Below are positions 1-18,934 of a stretch of 64,000 bases of DNA, piece by piece. Origin of the DNA: Macrostomum lignano. Taxonomy: Eukaryota. The stretch covers positions 186,001-250,000 of the forward strand of contig NIVC01001521.1 in the NCBI GenBank assembly GCA_002269645.1, given 5' to 3'. Position 1 is the first letter of the stretch. Every line of letters starts with the position of its first letter. The position numbers were made by a program, and so were the translations under genes. The notes under the pieces were generated by a model, which saw only the letters and a program-made list of their open reading frames with translations, did not search any database and was not told where the DNA came from.

Positions 1-571
<571 letters not shown>

Positions 572-1430
572 TAAGCAAAGTGGCCATTCTGTAAAAGGTT
601 TTCAGCACTGACTCGCTGCAGTGAACGCAGCACATCAGTATGCAATTTTCCAGCAAAGTTGGCAGAAAGTCTTCTCGTATCTCTCTTTGCTTCTTTGAGG
701 AGCCGCTTTTTGTCTTCCGCGTAACCCACCCTCCGGGCATTTCTGTTTGCTTTCTAAATCTGGCCCAGTCGAGTTCAAGAGTGCCCAGAGGCCAAAACAG
801 GACTCCGAGCTGCTTTGAGAGAGCCACTTCTAGAAGAGCAGGAAAATCTGCTTGACTGCTCTCGCAGCGATATTGTTGCTTTTGGCTTTCCGGCTCCTGC
901 ACTTGCAGTTGTTGCGAACAAGTTCAATCGAACTTGAAGGCAGACTTTTTTCTGACTTGAAGGATTTTCAAAGATTTTTTTGCGCTGGACTTCCGGATTG
1001 CCAAGTTCTGCTCACGGATGGTCTCTGTTCGGAGACAACGTCCCACAACATCCAGCGTTGACGGCATTCTGACTCTTGAGAGCACATTCAGGCTAAGCCA
1101 ATACTGTACACAGGCACAAACTCGACATGCACACGCTCACACTGGGTGTACATGTACAGCGGCTATCGTGTGACTTTCCTATCGTCAGGCGTGTGCGCCC
1201 CTCTCTGGGCCACGTTCGATTTGGTTTGGCTGCTTGTAGTGAAGCGCAGTGGCTTTGTTTGTTAGCTTCACTAATTGTGACAATCGATACAGTTAAGAGC
1301 AAAAATTCAGGCAACGTTTTCTTTGATTAATTTGCAAGCCTAAAAATAACGCTGCACAAATTACAAAGCGGATGCTTTAATAAAGTTTACCTGTAAGTAG
1401 GCATTGATTCAGGTCTGTTGGGTTACTCAC

Positions 1431-8066
<6,636 letters not shown>

Positions 8067-8744
8067 TTTTAGAATTTAAAATCAATTATTTGATTGCTGT
8101 TAATCTGGTTGTTGTTTTTTTAAAAACAGAGCTAATTAGCCAATAAAAACTACTGCTTTCTGGCTTAAGAAAAGGAATTTATGGACAAGACTGAGAGAGC
8201 CCTACTGCCCAATGAGGCGGGTCACCTGCTGATTGGCTGAAAGGAGCAAGTCGATGAAGACGGGAAAGTTCTCGAGTAATTAGGGAGTCTGCATAGATGC
8301 TGCCCCCACCCAACCCAATAAATACGTCAAATAATTTTAAATCTACGCCAAATTTGTTATTTTTCTGTTTTTAATTCTCGCTAATCCTTAAATATATCTA
8401 CTGAAATATCTAAAATATAGATTTCCAGTTTAATTTAGGGTGAGGCTTGCAGTCGAGATGTCCCCCCGACCTACAATATACTTTCGGTCCTTTCTGTTTT
8501 GTCCAGTCTAGTAATTTAGGCGCTGCAATTCCTTGTGTCCTGTCTGTATTGTTCCTGATACCGTCTGTACGCGTTGAGTATGTAATAATAATAATGTTAC
8601 CCTCGCGAAACGCCTTTCGGAGACATCGCCCTACAATGACCAGCTCTGACGGCAATTATGAACTCATTCTGCTCACTCCTTGAGCACATTCAAGGGCGCC
8701 AATACTGAACGCAGTGACGCACTCATACACACGCTATCTCCTAT

Positions 8745-9290
8745 TCCCGTTTCTCAGGAAGGGAAATGGGAAATAGAAGGGATAGGAAGGGAGATAGGAA
8801 GGAACATTGGAAGGGAGAGAGGAGAGGAGATAGGAAGGGAGATAGAATGGAGATAGGGAAAGAGGTAGGAAGGGAGATAGGAAGGGAAATGGGAAATAGA
8901 AGGGAGATAGGAAGGGAGATAGGAAGGGAGATAGGAAGAGAGATAGAAGAGAGATAGAATGGAGATAAGGAAAGCGGTAGGAAGGGAGAGAGAAAGAGAG
9001 ATAGGAAGGGAGATAGGAAGGGAGATAGGAAGGGAAATAGGAAGGGAAATAGAATGGAGATAGGGAAAGAGGTAGGAAGGGAGATAGGAAGGGAAATGGG
9101 AAATAGAAGGGAGATAGGAAGGGAGATAGGAAGGGAGATAGGAAGGGAGATAGGAAGGGAGATAGGGAGATAGAATGGAGATAAGGAAAGCGGTAGGAAG
9201 GGAGAAAGAGAGATAGGAAGGGAGATAGGAAGGGAAATATTGATAGAATGGAGATAGGGAAAGAGGTAGGAAGGGAGAGAGACGAACACG
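8745..9290. repeat. Purine-rich 12-bp minisatellite GGAAGGGAGATA, left block
   Basis: Direct; EIGR/PSYL ORFs are artefacts. Confidence 0.95.
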
Positions 9291-10189
9291 AGCCGATGGC
9301 GCCAGCTGAAGCAGACATTGGCTAGGCAGAAAAATTGCTTGTGCTTTTTTATTAAAAAAGTCGCTATAAGACTTGGAACTCAACGCAGACAGAAACTACT
9401 CTGTTCAATCGGTTCTGCTTGTCTGTCTGTTGTCTTGCAGCAGAGGCATGCGTACTTTTACAATAACACCACGAATTTCAGCCGATGTATGACCATCATA
9501 TTATTATATCGACGTCGAAAGCGAAATTCTTCTTTCCTTGGTTCTTTAACATCAATAGTACAACTGCATGGCGAATACTGTAATTAAAAATTAAAGGAAT
9601 TCTCCCAAAGTCCCATCGACATGTTTACACAAGCTATCGTCACACTCACACACGATTGAGGCATGCAAAGCTCAAATTAAAAGTGCAATTTCTGGTCTGA
9701 ATTCGAAGGCTTTTATCTGCAGTTACATTTGTCAGACTTTAACGCAAAGATTATAACTGCTATTATTTGATCAAATCGTAAAAGTTCTCCCAAAGTCCTT
9801 TATACATGTATTATGCTATTAATTCTGAGTTGTACTTTTGAATTCTTATTTAAACAAAGCACATGCTTCTTTGGCCTCGTCGCAAAAATGAGCAGTTGAT
9901 CAAGTGAGGCATTGCTGAAGAAATTTGAGGGAAATTTTCAGGCAGGGATTAGAATTCCGGAAATAGATCACCGGGAGCGAGTGTGAAGATGGAGAGGAAG
10001 GTGAAAATTATTCAGGTTGACTGGGGTTTTGAGAATAGCACAGGTGTGGGGAAGCGAAGAAGGAAGCGATGGAAAAGGAAGTGAAATAAGAGACACGGGA
10101 AAGCAATAGAAAGGGGGAAAGAGAGAAGAAAAAGAGGGGATTAAGAAGAGATCGAGTATAAATAGAAAAGGGTAAGATATGAATGGAGA

Positions 10190-11220
10190 TCGAAGGGGAG
10201 ATAGGAGGGGAGATAGGAAGGGAGATAGGAAGGAAAATGGGAAATAGAATGGAGATAGGGAAGGAGGTAGGAAGGGAGATAGAAAGGGAGATAGAAAGGA
10301 AGAGAGAAAGGGAGATAGGAAGGGAGATAGGAAGGGAGATAGGAAGGGAGATAGGAAGGGAGATAGGAAGGGAGATAGAAAGGGAGATAGGAAGGGAGAG
10401 AGAAAGGGAGATAGGAAGGGAGATAGGAAGGGAGAGAGAAAGGGAGATAGGAAGGGAGATAGGAAGGGAGATAGGAAGGGAGATAGGAAGGGAGATAGGA
10501 AGGAAAATGGGAAATAGAATGGAGATAGGGAAGGAGGTAGGAAGGGAGAGAGGAAGGGAGATCGGAAGGAAGATAGGAAGGGAGATAGGAAGGGAGATAG
10601 GAAGGGAGATAGAAGAGAGATAGGAAGGGAGATAGGGAGATAGGAAGGGAGATAGGAAGGGAGATAGGAAGGGAGATAGGAAGGGAGATAGGAAGGGAGA
10701 TAGGAAGGGAGATAGAAAGGGAGATAGAAAGGGAGAGAGAAAGGGAGATAGGAAGGGAGATAGGAAGGGAGAGAGAAAGGGAGATAGGAAGGGAGATAGG
10801 AAGGGAGATAGGAAGGGAGATAGGAAGGGAGATAGGAAGGGAGATAGGAAGGAAAATGGCAAATAGAATGGAGATAGGGAAGGAGGTAGGAAGGGAGAGA
10901 GGAAGGGAGATAGGAAGGAAGATAGGAAGGGAGATAGGAAGGGAGATAGGAAGGGAGATAGAAGAGAGATAGGAAGGGAGATAGGGAGATAGGAAGGGAG
11001 ATAGGAAGGGAGATAGGAAGGGAGATAGGAAGGGAGATAGGAAGGGAGATAGGAAGGGAGATAGGAAGGGAGATAGGAAGGGAGATACCAAGGGAGATAG
11101 GAAGGGAGATAGGAAGGAGATAGGAAAGGAGATAGGAAAGGAGATAGGAAGGGAGATAGGAAGGGAGATAGGAAAGGAGATAGATGGGTATATAGGGAGA
11201 TACCAAGGGAGATAGGGAGG
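10190..11220. repeat. Purine-rich 12-bp minisatellite GGAAGGGAGATA, right block, with higher-order duplications
   Basis: Direct; same unit as 8745-9290. Confidence 0.96.
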
Positions 11221-12247
11221 GATATAAAAGGGTAGATAGAGAGATAGATAGAAAGGGTTAGAGGGGACAGGGGGTGGAGGGTATATAGAGACGAAGTAAG
11301 GGGGATCTTTAGACGAAAGATTGCGAGTTATCTGATACATAAGCACAGGCATTTAGACAAAAAACAAAGGCTTTTATGACTGTTCATGAAAATAAAAGCA
11401 GCCAGGAAAGTGAAAGAAAATAAAAAGGCAGTCACCATAGATAATGTGGAAAAAAGAGACTTGTGTGTACCGTACTTCCAGCTGTTACAATCCTGACATC
11501 TCCGTCCAACACCAACTGGCATCACAGCTCATATGCGGAGTTGGCCTGAAAAAAATCTGTTGTAGAAATCGCTCTGCAAAGACAAGAAACAAGAAATAAA
11601 GAGGCCTCCATTAGCTGATGGCGTGAGCTGATAACGCTATACGCTTAACAATCGGGGAACACGATACCATAAAATACCTACTATATGCCTGCAGGGCAGC
11701 CATAGTTCACGTTCAAACCAAATGGGAGCTGGCGCGAACCCTTAAGCCACGGACCTTCCGATGCATGAAATTGTGTTATCAAAAGCGTTGACTGAAAGAG
11801 CTATAACTCCTATACGAGTACATGCCAAAAAACAACCCACACCTCAGCACAACTCCTAAAGGACTAAACTACATAAACTACATATTAGACGCCGTTATAC
11901 ACAACTACAGCAAAACCACAACACAGCCACAACAAAACACATTTAATTGCATGCACCTACACGGGTACAAATGAAATTAGAGATCGCGATAAGAAAAAAG
12001 CCTTTAAAAGTACGAATCTTTCATAAAAAATTGGAATTTCTCACAAGTTTTTGGGTCGACTACACTAATCAAAAGAATGGCTCATTTGAGCTTGATGCAT
12101 TTAGAATTAAAAACTTTGCTAAGCTCACAAACTAATCGACTCAAATAGCAGGATTAATTACAGTGCGGAGACAGAGGCAACGGCTCACAGGCTCGCAGGA
12201 ACGAATGAAGCATGAATCAAATTGACACAGCAACCAAACGTTAGTAA

Positions 12248-12568
12248 CAGGCGCGTCGCCACCGGGGGGGAGGACAGGGGGGACATACCCCCCAGTAAAA
12301 GCTCTGGGGGGGACACGCCAATGCTTTTGTCCCCCCACCCCACCTTGTGAGTCGTTGTGGCAATCAATAATTTTTCTTCAAGGCGCCAAAATATATCGAC
12401 TTCGGCGCCAAAAGGAGTGCCTGCGGCGCCAAAATAAGTGCCTGCCTGAGGCGCCAAAAGGAATGCCTGCGGCGCCAAAATGAGAGTGCCAAAATTTAGT
12501 CATGTACATTTAAATGTTGAATTCTTGGCTTTGTCCCCCCCCCATAAAATCCATGGCGACCCCCCATG
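12248..12568. mobile_element. MITE-like element with imperfect TIRs and internal GGCGCCAAAA repeats
   Basis: Left CAGGCGCGTCGCCA versus reverse complement of the right end CATGGGGGGTCGCCA; G-run/C-run subterminal blocks; several GGCGCCAAAA motifs inside. No clear TSD. Confidence 0.55.
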
Positions 12569-13129
12569 ATCAAGCTCTAGTGGATGAAAGACAAAAACGT
12601 TGAAAGTTGAAAGTGCAACCGAGTCATATATACCCCCTAGGTTGAGAGATAGGGGTGAGAAATTATTGCCAGAGAGAAAAAATACTGTATCACCATGTCT
12701 GCGCGTCAATGAGTGCACCCGATGAGGCATAGATAGGCGGGAGCCATTTAATTGAGTGAGAGCGTGTTGGAGAGTATAAGACAATTGTAGTTGAGAATGA
12801 AATTATCCACTGTAACACGTGCCAATGGTTTAAATGCATTTTACCTTCAACTATTCCCCTATCCAATAGCAGCCCTCGGCAATTCCATAAAAACCCCATG
12901 CACGATCGCAGAACTATATGCAGCTTTTATACGCCTTGCATAGCAACCAACTGAGGAGTTTTTTCTCCCCATCGATTAGCGAGGAGTGATAGCAGGGCTG
13001 AGAAACAATTTAAGTGCTGAGCTAAATATTATCCCGGCAGTAATTAGCATGCATGTCCTTTGTACTAGTTAGGCAATGCAAACTCACCTGAGTCGATGAG
13101 GGGAGAGGCAGCTTGAGACAAATAGAGAC

Positions 13130-13720
13130 AGGGTGAAAGTAGAGAGGACAGCGGGTGGGATTTGAAACACACAGGTGAGATCGTCGATACAGGATAAGAT
13201 TGGAGACTCATAATTAGAGTAGACACACAGGGTGAGATTAGTCACTGGGGGAGACTAGTTAAAAGGTGAGATTAGAGGCTTTTGATGAGTTTAAAGACGC
13301 CGGTGAGTTTAGAAACAGGTTGGATTAGAGACACGGGGTGAGATTAGAGACACAATGTGAGATAAGGTACACAGGGTGAGATTATTCACTGGGTGAGACT
13401 AGACAAAAGGTGAGACACTGGTGATGTCTATAATGAGTTGGTAGGCACAGGTGAGGTGATATTAGACACAAATTGAGATAGGAACACACACACAGGGTGA
13501 GATTACAGACACAAGGTGAGACTAAATGGCAGGGAGAGTATAGAAACATGACAAGATATTTTGTGGCGCGATTTCTGCCGAAAATTGGTTAACTTTATTG
13601 TTGTACTAAAAGCCCTGGGTAGAAGGAGAAACAGCAAATGGTGAGATTAGAGCTAGCTACAGACTGAGACTAGACGCAAGGTTCAGAGTGAGAAGAGGAG
13701 CAGGGCAGTGCAGTGTTTTC
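13130..13720. repeat. Old degenerate tandem repeat (CACAGGGTGAGATTAGAGA-like)
   Basis: Recurrent GGTGAGA(T/C)TAGA motif about every 20-45 bp. Confidence 0.7.
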
Positions 13721-13998
13721 AAGCAAAAATAATAATAAAGTTAATATAGAATATTAATATCCGCAGGACAGTGGACACCCTGGTAATAAGCCTTCGGCGA
13801 CATCGCCCCACAACCAGCGCTGACTTCTGAGCACATGCAAAGCGCACCAGTACTTTACACAGGCACGGACTCATGCACAGCTCACACAGGGTCTACAGCG
13901 GCCCCTGAATTTCTAATCATTTTGAGGAGCCGTGCGGGTCGTGTGACGCCTACATGTAAAGTCTTCAGTGTAACCAGTTAATAATTCCAGTCACAGTT

Positions 13999-14380
13999 CA
14001 GTGGCGGGGCAGGGGGGAGGGGCCCAGGGGGGCAGCTGCCCCCAGGTGACCACAGGTCACTGCCTCAAGAGGGGTGACCACCCTACCATCCTCACGGCCC
14101 TCTAAAAGACCTAGGAAGGGAGGGCAGATGGTCACGGCCCCTGCTATGCAACTTGCACCAATGATTAAAAATGCATTTTTATACGAATTTTCGTGTTGTA
14201 CATTCGTTTTGTAAGACGTATCATAATTTGTTCGTAATTTTTTACTTTCTTAGAAAAATTGTGTTCTAATTCAACTGTTTTTATTTGTTTAATTACAATT
14301 GGTAGGGAAAGGGGGTGACCACCTACACATGTAACTACTGCCCCCCCCCCCCCCCAACCAGAGATACTGCGCCGCCACTG
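13999..14380. mobile_element. 382-bp MITE with 12-bp TIRs and a 9-bp near-perfect target duplication
   Basis: CAGTGGCGGGGC...GCGCCGCCACTG (11/12). Flanks GTCACAGTT (13990-13998) and GTCACAGGT (14381-14389). Confidence 0.75.
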
Positions 14381-15815
14381 GTCACAGGTGCGGCAAAATT
14401 ACATGCAATTACTGCATATTTTTAAACAGTTTAACTATAGATTTGACGTCACGGAGAGAAGCGAAAGTGCCTTAGTTAGACTGTGTAATATTGGATTTGA
14501 AGTTTCACCCATTGTCTATAAACAAGCTTAATTTGAGCATATTCTCAACCATTCTGTACCACGTCAATAAGCTTAAAACCTTTCTTAGCGGAAAACCTCA
14601 TCAATTATGGGCATAATTAATATTATTACAAGTAAGACAATGAAAGTCGACTAGCGAGTGAATATGGCATTTTAGCCTGTGTGTAATTGTCACTGCAGTC
14701 TTAACTTAACAGCAAATGCCTTCGTGCATGTTGTTAGCCTTCTAATTAGCTATTATGTCCAACATTAATTGACAAAGGTGAGCCTTCTTTAATTAATTTC
14801 TCGGTTTTTCGGCACTAAACAGGTAAAATAATTCCTTTTTTATACAGATTTGCTACAATATATTTATTGGATAATTCAATGTGAACCCTGCAGAATCTAT
14901 CAAGCTGATAAACGGTTGTTAGCTAAATAGATAAAGAATGGACAATCAGATGGACAATTTAAGATTTGGCATGCAGGTAATTCAGAGTTGGTAGCAGCAG
15001 TTGGGGATTTGTGGCACGGATGTGACAAGAAGACTAAAAATCAGTTGATTTATAGGATATCAAAAAAAAATAAATCGCAAAGAAATTGACGAGAAGTAGT
15101 ACATCGCTATGGTTCAAACGGAAGCAGAAGTCATACAGTTTCGGAAAGCGCGGTCTAAAGTTATAACGGCAGCTAAAAAAATTGTACTTGGCGAGCAAAG
15201 TACATTGTTGGTTAAAATTTAATTAAAAAGCGCTCTTACAGGTGAAGCTAAAACTGCAAGAGAAAAGTTCTGGCTCAAGCAGCTCAAATCAAAGTTTACA
15301 CAGATAATTATTTTTTTAATTACAAGGCAAGTCAAAACCCTTTACTGGTGACGCAAAAAATTTTCTAGTAGAAAACAGTAATATAAATTTAGCAAATTTT
15401 GGCACCGATTTGCCTGAAATGGAAGGATAACTGATATTACTGAGAGAACATGGCACACATTGCTCTACAGAAGCATGTAATAATAGCACGAGTCTAGCAG
15501 TAGATAAAAGGAAGCCTTCGGATCGCGTCAAAGAGCAATTCAATAAAACCGAATATTTGTACTATTGCACAATGAAAACCTTTCGATTTTAAGTGAGTAA
15601 GGATCATTTTTGGAAGTAATAAAATCATTTGAGAAAGCCTGCGTCGAAAATTCCGTTCTAGAAGTGCAGTCAACTTACTTACCTACTTAAAGTAGCCTAA
15701 CTAACACTAAGCTGTAATTATTTGTAGTAGGTAGGCTTCGGCACTTTTGCGACCTTTTTGTTTGAACTAGAATTTTTTAACTGCATGATTTACCAACGCA
15801 AAAAACACGAATTGA

Positions 15816-17423
15816 TCAGACAATGTTCGACTCGCGCAGGTTCGGATCTTGCAGTTTTCTGATCAGGCCCGCATCGGCCGTTACATCCGAGTCGTCCGAT
15901 ATACGGTTGAGCACAATCTGCCTGCTCGGTCGGTTCTGCCGCCGTCTCCGCCGCCGTCTAGCCAGCAGACTGCAGGTCAGCGCCACAGCGGAGATCCAGA
16001 CGATGCCAACAGCGATGATGACCCACTGGGCCAGCGCGACAATCTGGATTGGGGCCAGCAGGTGCGCTTTGAACAGCTCGGCTGACACTGGATCGATGCG
16101 GCCAGACTCATTCAGCCACATCAGCGGCATCATGAGCATTGGATCGATCAATTTTTCAGTGTCAGTGAAGCCGCTAATTCGTTCCAGCATGATGTTCATC
16201 TGCATTCGACGCTGGGCGTTGATGACAAATCCAGTGTTGGGCTCGATGCAGATGGCAGTGCCGAACTCCTCCTCGCTTGGACTCACGCCGATCACAGCTT
16301 TAGCGTAGGTCGGTGCGTTAGTGAAGTGCGGCGACGAGATGGCCAGAGGCACGCCGCCTTTGCACAGGCTGATGTTGAGCACGCCAGAGTCCAGACAGCC
16401 GCTCTCTGAGCAGAACGCTTTATTCTCTGGTCTCAGAGTTGCATTGAGCATAATCTCCGGCGAAGGTCGAAAGCCCAACGCTGGAATGCCCTCAATGTCG
16501 GCTGGTTTCTCGTAAACAAGATGCAGGGACAAGCAGATGTCCGTGCTGAAAATGTCCAGCTTCGATGATGACGTCACCCCTGGACCGAACATGCTGCCGT
16601 CTGTGCCAACAATTTTATTGGCGCTCTTCTCCGGCCAGACGCTCAACTCCGGTTCGCCGTTCCACCGTTGGACTCTGTTGAAGCTGGACAGATTCCCCCG
16701 GCCTGTGTGGACCAGAAACTGGCCCTTGTGCGTGTTGTTGGTGCCAATGAACAGGCCAGAAGTGCTCTGGAAGGGCATGTGCGGCAGGAAACGACGTACC
16801 ATGCCTTCGACTATGCTCAAAGCTCCGTCCTTGTAGCCGTGCAGAATCTCAGACGCCGGTCTAGTAATGAACAGGCCGCCACTGTTCTGGGCAAACATTC
16901 TGCCCGCTATGTTGCGCATGAACGGCGAAACTGCCTTCATCTGGATGCTGGTGACGGCGTACGGCATGTTTACAGAGGTGATCATCAACTCAGAGATGTT
17001 GCCGCAAGACTTTTCGGGTAGGTAAAAGAACTGCTGATATTCAAAAAAGGACACAGTGTCATTTGGATAAAATGTAATGTTAGCTTTGTAGCGCCGTTCG
17101 GCAAATGCGAACGGGCCAACCTGTTGCAGCACGGGCCGCTGGCCCATGATCACCTCCTTGGGGTTGGTGATGTTCCACAGCCAGATCTGGAACGTGATCT
17201 TGTTAGGCGGCTCGGACCAGCCCCTGTAGGACATTGACCCGTTAGCCAGAGGCATCATCACCTTGAGCTGCTCCTGGAAGACATAGTCAAATGCAAACGT
17301 GATTCCAACTCCCACTGCGATGCATAGCAGGGCGAGGACGCCGCAGAAGCAGCCAACGCATCGACGGATGCACCGACGCCGTCTGGTGTTGAATTTCCTG
17401 CCAATAACTGCTTGGGATGGCAT
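15816..17423 (-). CDS. CD36/SCARB (LIMP-2/SR-BI family) scavenger receptor class B, intronless CDS, about 535 aa
   Basis: Single ORF. N-terminal TM, W..PP..I..Q.W.WNITNP.EV..G..P.LQQVGPF.F.E motif, [45 protein letters not shown]-terminal TM. First in-frame ATG at 17423; the track start 17465 is a TTG inside a polypyrimidine tract. Confidence 0.96.
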   Translation of the reverse strand: MPSQAVIGRKFNTRRRRCIRRCVGCFCGVLALLCIAVGVGITFAFDYVFQEQLKVMMPLANGSMSYRGWSEPPNKITFQIWLWNITNPKEVIMGQRPVLQQVGPFAFAERRYKANITFYPNDTVSFFEYQQFFYLPEKSCGNISELMITSVNMPYAVTSIQMKAVSPFMRNIAGRMFAQNSGGLFITRPASEILHGYKDGALSIVEGMVRRFLPHMPFQSTSGLFIGTNNTHKGQFLVHTGRGNLSSFNRVQRWNGEPELSVWPEKSANKIVGTDGSMFGPGVTSSSKLDIFSTDICLSLHLVYEKPADIEGIPALGFRPSPEIMLNATLRPENKAFCSESGCLDSGVLNISLCKGGVPLAISSPHFTNAPTYAKAVIGVSPSEEEFGTAICIEPNTGFVINAQRRMQMNIMLERISGFTDTEKLIDPMLMMPLMWLNESGRIDPVSAELFKAHLLAPIQIVALAQWVIIAVGIVWISAVALTCSLLARRRRRRRQNRPSRQIVLNRISDDSDVTADAGLIRKLQDPNLRESNIV

Positions 17424-18934
17424 AGCGGGGCCACAGCACTCACAGCTGGCTGTCTGCAAGGACAAGTCAGGTCAGTTTAAGGCTTGAAAGTACTATATAG
17501 GTAAGCGCAGAGTGTCAGTGGCCAGATTTTTCCAAACCGATTGTTGCTTAAAGAGAAAAACCGCACGAGTCCCCCAAACTGCTGATTGGACGCGGCATGT
17601 TGGGCATTAAATTGCACACATGCGTTTATTTGTATAGGAATTGATAAGATATTATCTGGGTCCTACTTTAATCGCAGAAATTTTGCTTTATAAGCTAACT
17701 GCAGCCAGGCTAGCTGTGCTTCTTTGGAGTGAGGTGGGGGGCAGAGGCAGAGTTACAGTTGTCAGGCTGTAAACTAAACTGCTCACTGCTTGAAAAAGAC
17801 AGACATTAACAGCTCAGTGAACAACCAAGAGACAGATTTCAATAATATTCGACTGGAAAACGCGCATTGCTAACGCGCTCTTTTTTCTACAATCGATCGC
17901 ATTTTGTACCGAGAAAAAAAACGCGTGAAATGCGAGCCGGCAAGAACGAGTTCGACTCTTGAGTTGAGTTGAGAAGTGCGCACGTGGAATTGAAAAATAA
18001 AATTCAGCTTGAGCTGACAGAAAATAGCATTTATACTCATTTGGGACGGCGAGAAAACATTGGAAACGTTGAAAAAAAATGAAAAAAAACTTTTAAAGAT
18101 CATGCGAAGGAGAGACATTTGGACTGAGAAGAAATGAGATTATCAATATTAAAGGCAGGAGCAGGAAAGGTCGGCATAGGGCAGGACTGATAAGGAATCT
18201 GTCACGACTGTCAATCTCTATACTCAATGAAGTTGTCATTTGTTGCATTATAACAGTGAGAGCAGCAGTAACTGACTTTATCAAATTGTATTTTCAATCA
18301 ATAAAAAACCCAGAAGATTAAGAATAAGAACTAATTTTTTACACTGGAATTCTAACAACATGAAAAGAGAAAAATGCTACATTTTCGCCATAAATACACT
18401 TGAGCACGTTGTGTAGAACAAGCTTTGTTAAGCGAAAAACGAAATATGGTGCTTGAAATGTTAAAACTAGCTCAATATAGTTTTAGACCAGTACGGTCGA
18501 ACTTTCAAGTAAACTATTCAACATGCTAGCTGAAATGTTTAAACATTTATTTACAGCTACGACAGGGTTCATGTCTTGCACCTGCTTCACCCTAACAAGT
18601 ATTATTTCTGTATATTCTGTTACACCAACAACAGGGTATGAGTAATTAATCCGCTGCGCTTATACATGGCTTAGAATTTTTTTCTTTCTCAGCCCGCAAA
18701 TAGCGCAGGTCAAACTTGGATTTTAATTAAAATGTTCTTAGGTGTTGCTTTACCGTTTGTGCAACCAGGGTGACACCTGGTGCGCGCAAACTCTAAATAA
18801 ATAAATACAACACTAGAAATTGGAATAACTAATAAGAGAAATGTTTAATCAGTCAGGGGTTGCGTGCCTGCGAGGTTTGCGCGAACTTAAACTTTCAAGT
18901 TTTTATTTTGACAGAATGTGAGGCAATGGGAATC

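Noticed and set aside
8734-11352. Multiple long PSYL/EIGR/SPFL ORFs
   Set aside because: They are frames of the 12-bp purine minisatellite. The same applies to the ORFs over 18933-20454, 22751-23552, 50288-51187, 57256-58281 and 59864-60842.
13089-13112. Possible 24-nt micro-exon before a minus-strand CAG|GTGAGT donor
   Set aside because: It cannot be linked to any gene model and has no peptide similarity.
14700-15370. Plus-strand cluster of short GT..AG pairs and a short open peptide (IAMVQTEAEVIQFRKARSK...)
   Set aside because: No consistent multi-exon frame or recognisable domain could be assembled by eye.
15823-17021. Plus-strand ORFs overlapping the CD36 gene, and similar antisense ORFs over LRRC34, SUN and gag
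   Set aside because: These are shadow frames produced by GC3-rich codon usage of the real genes.
18020-18200. Possible decayed RTE-type LINE 3' fragment (LIWDGEKT...LLKIMRRR...IKGRSRKGR)
   Set aside because: The similarity is weak and spread over several frames; it needs a profile search.
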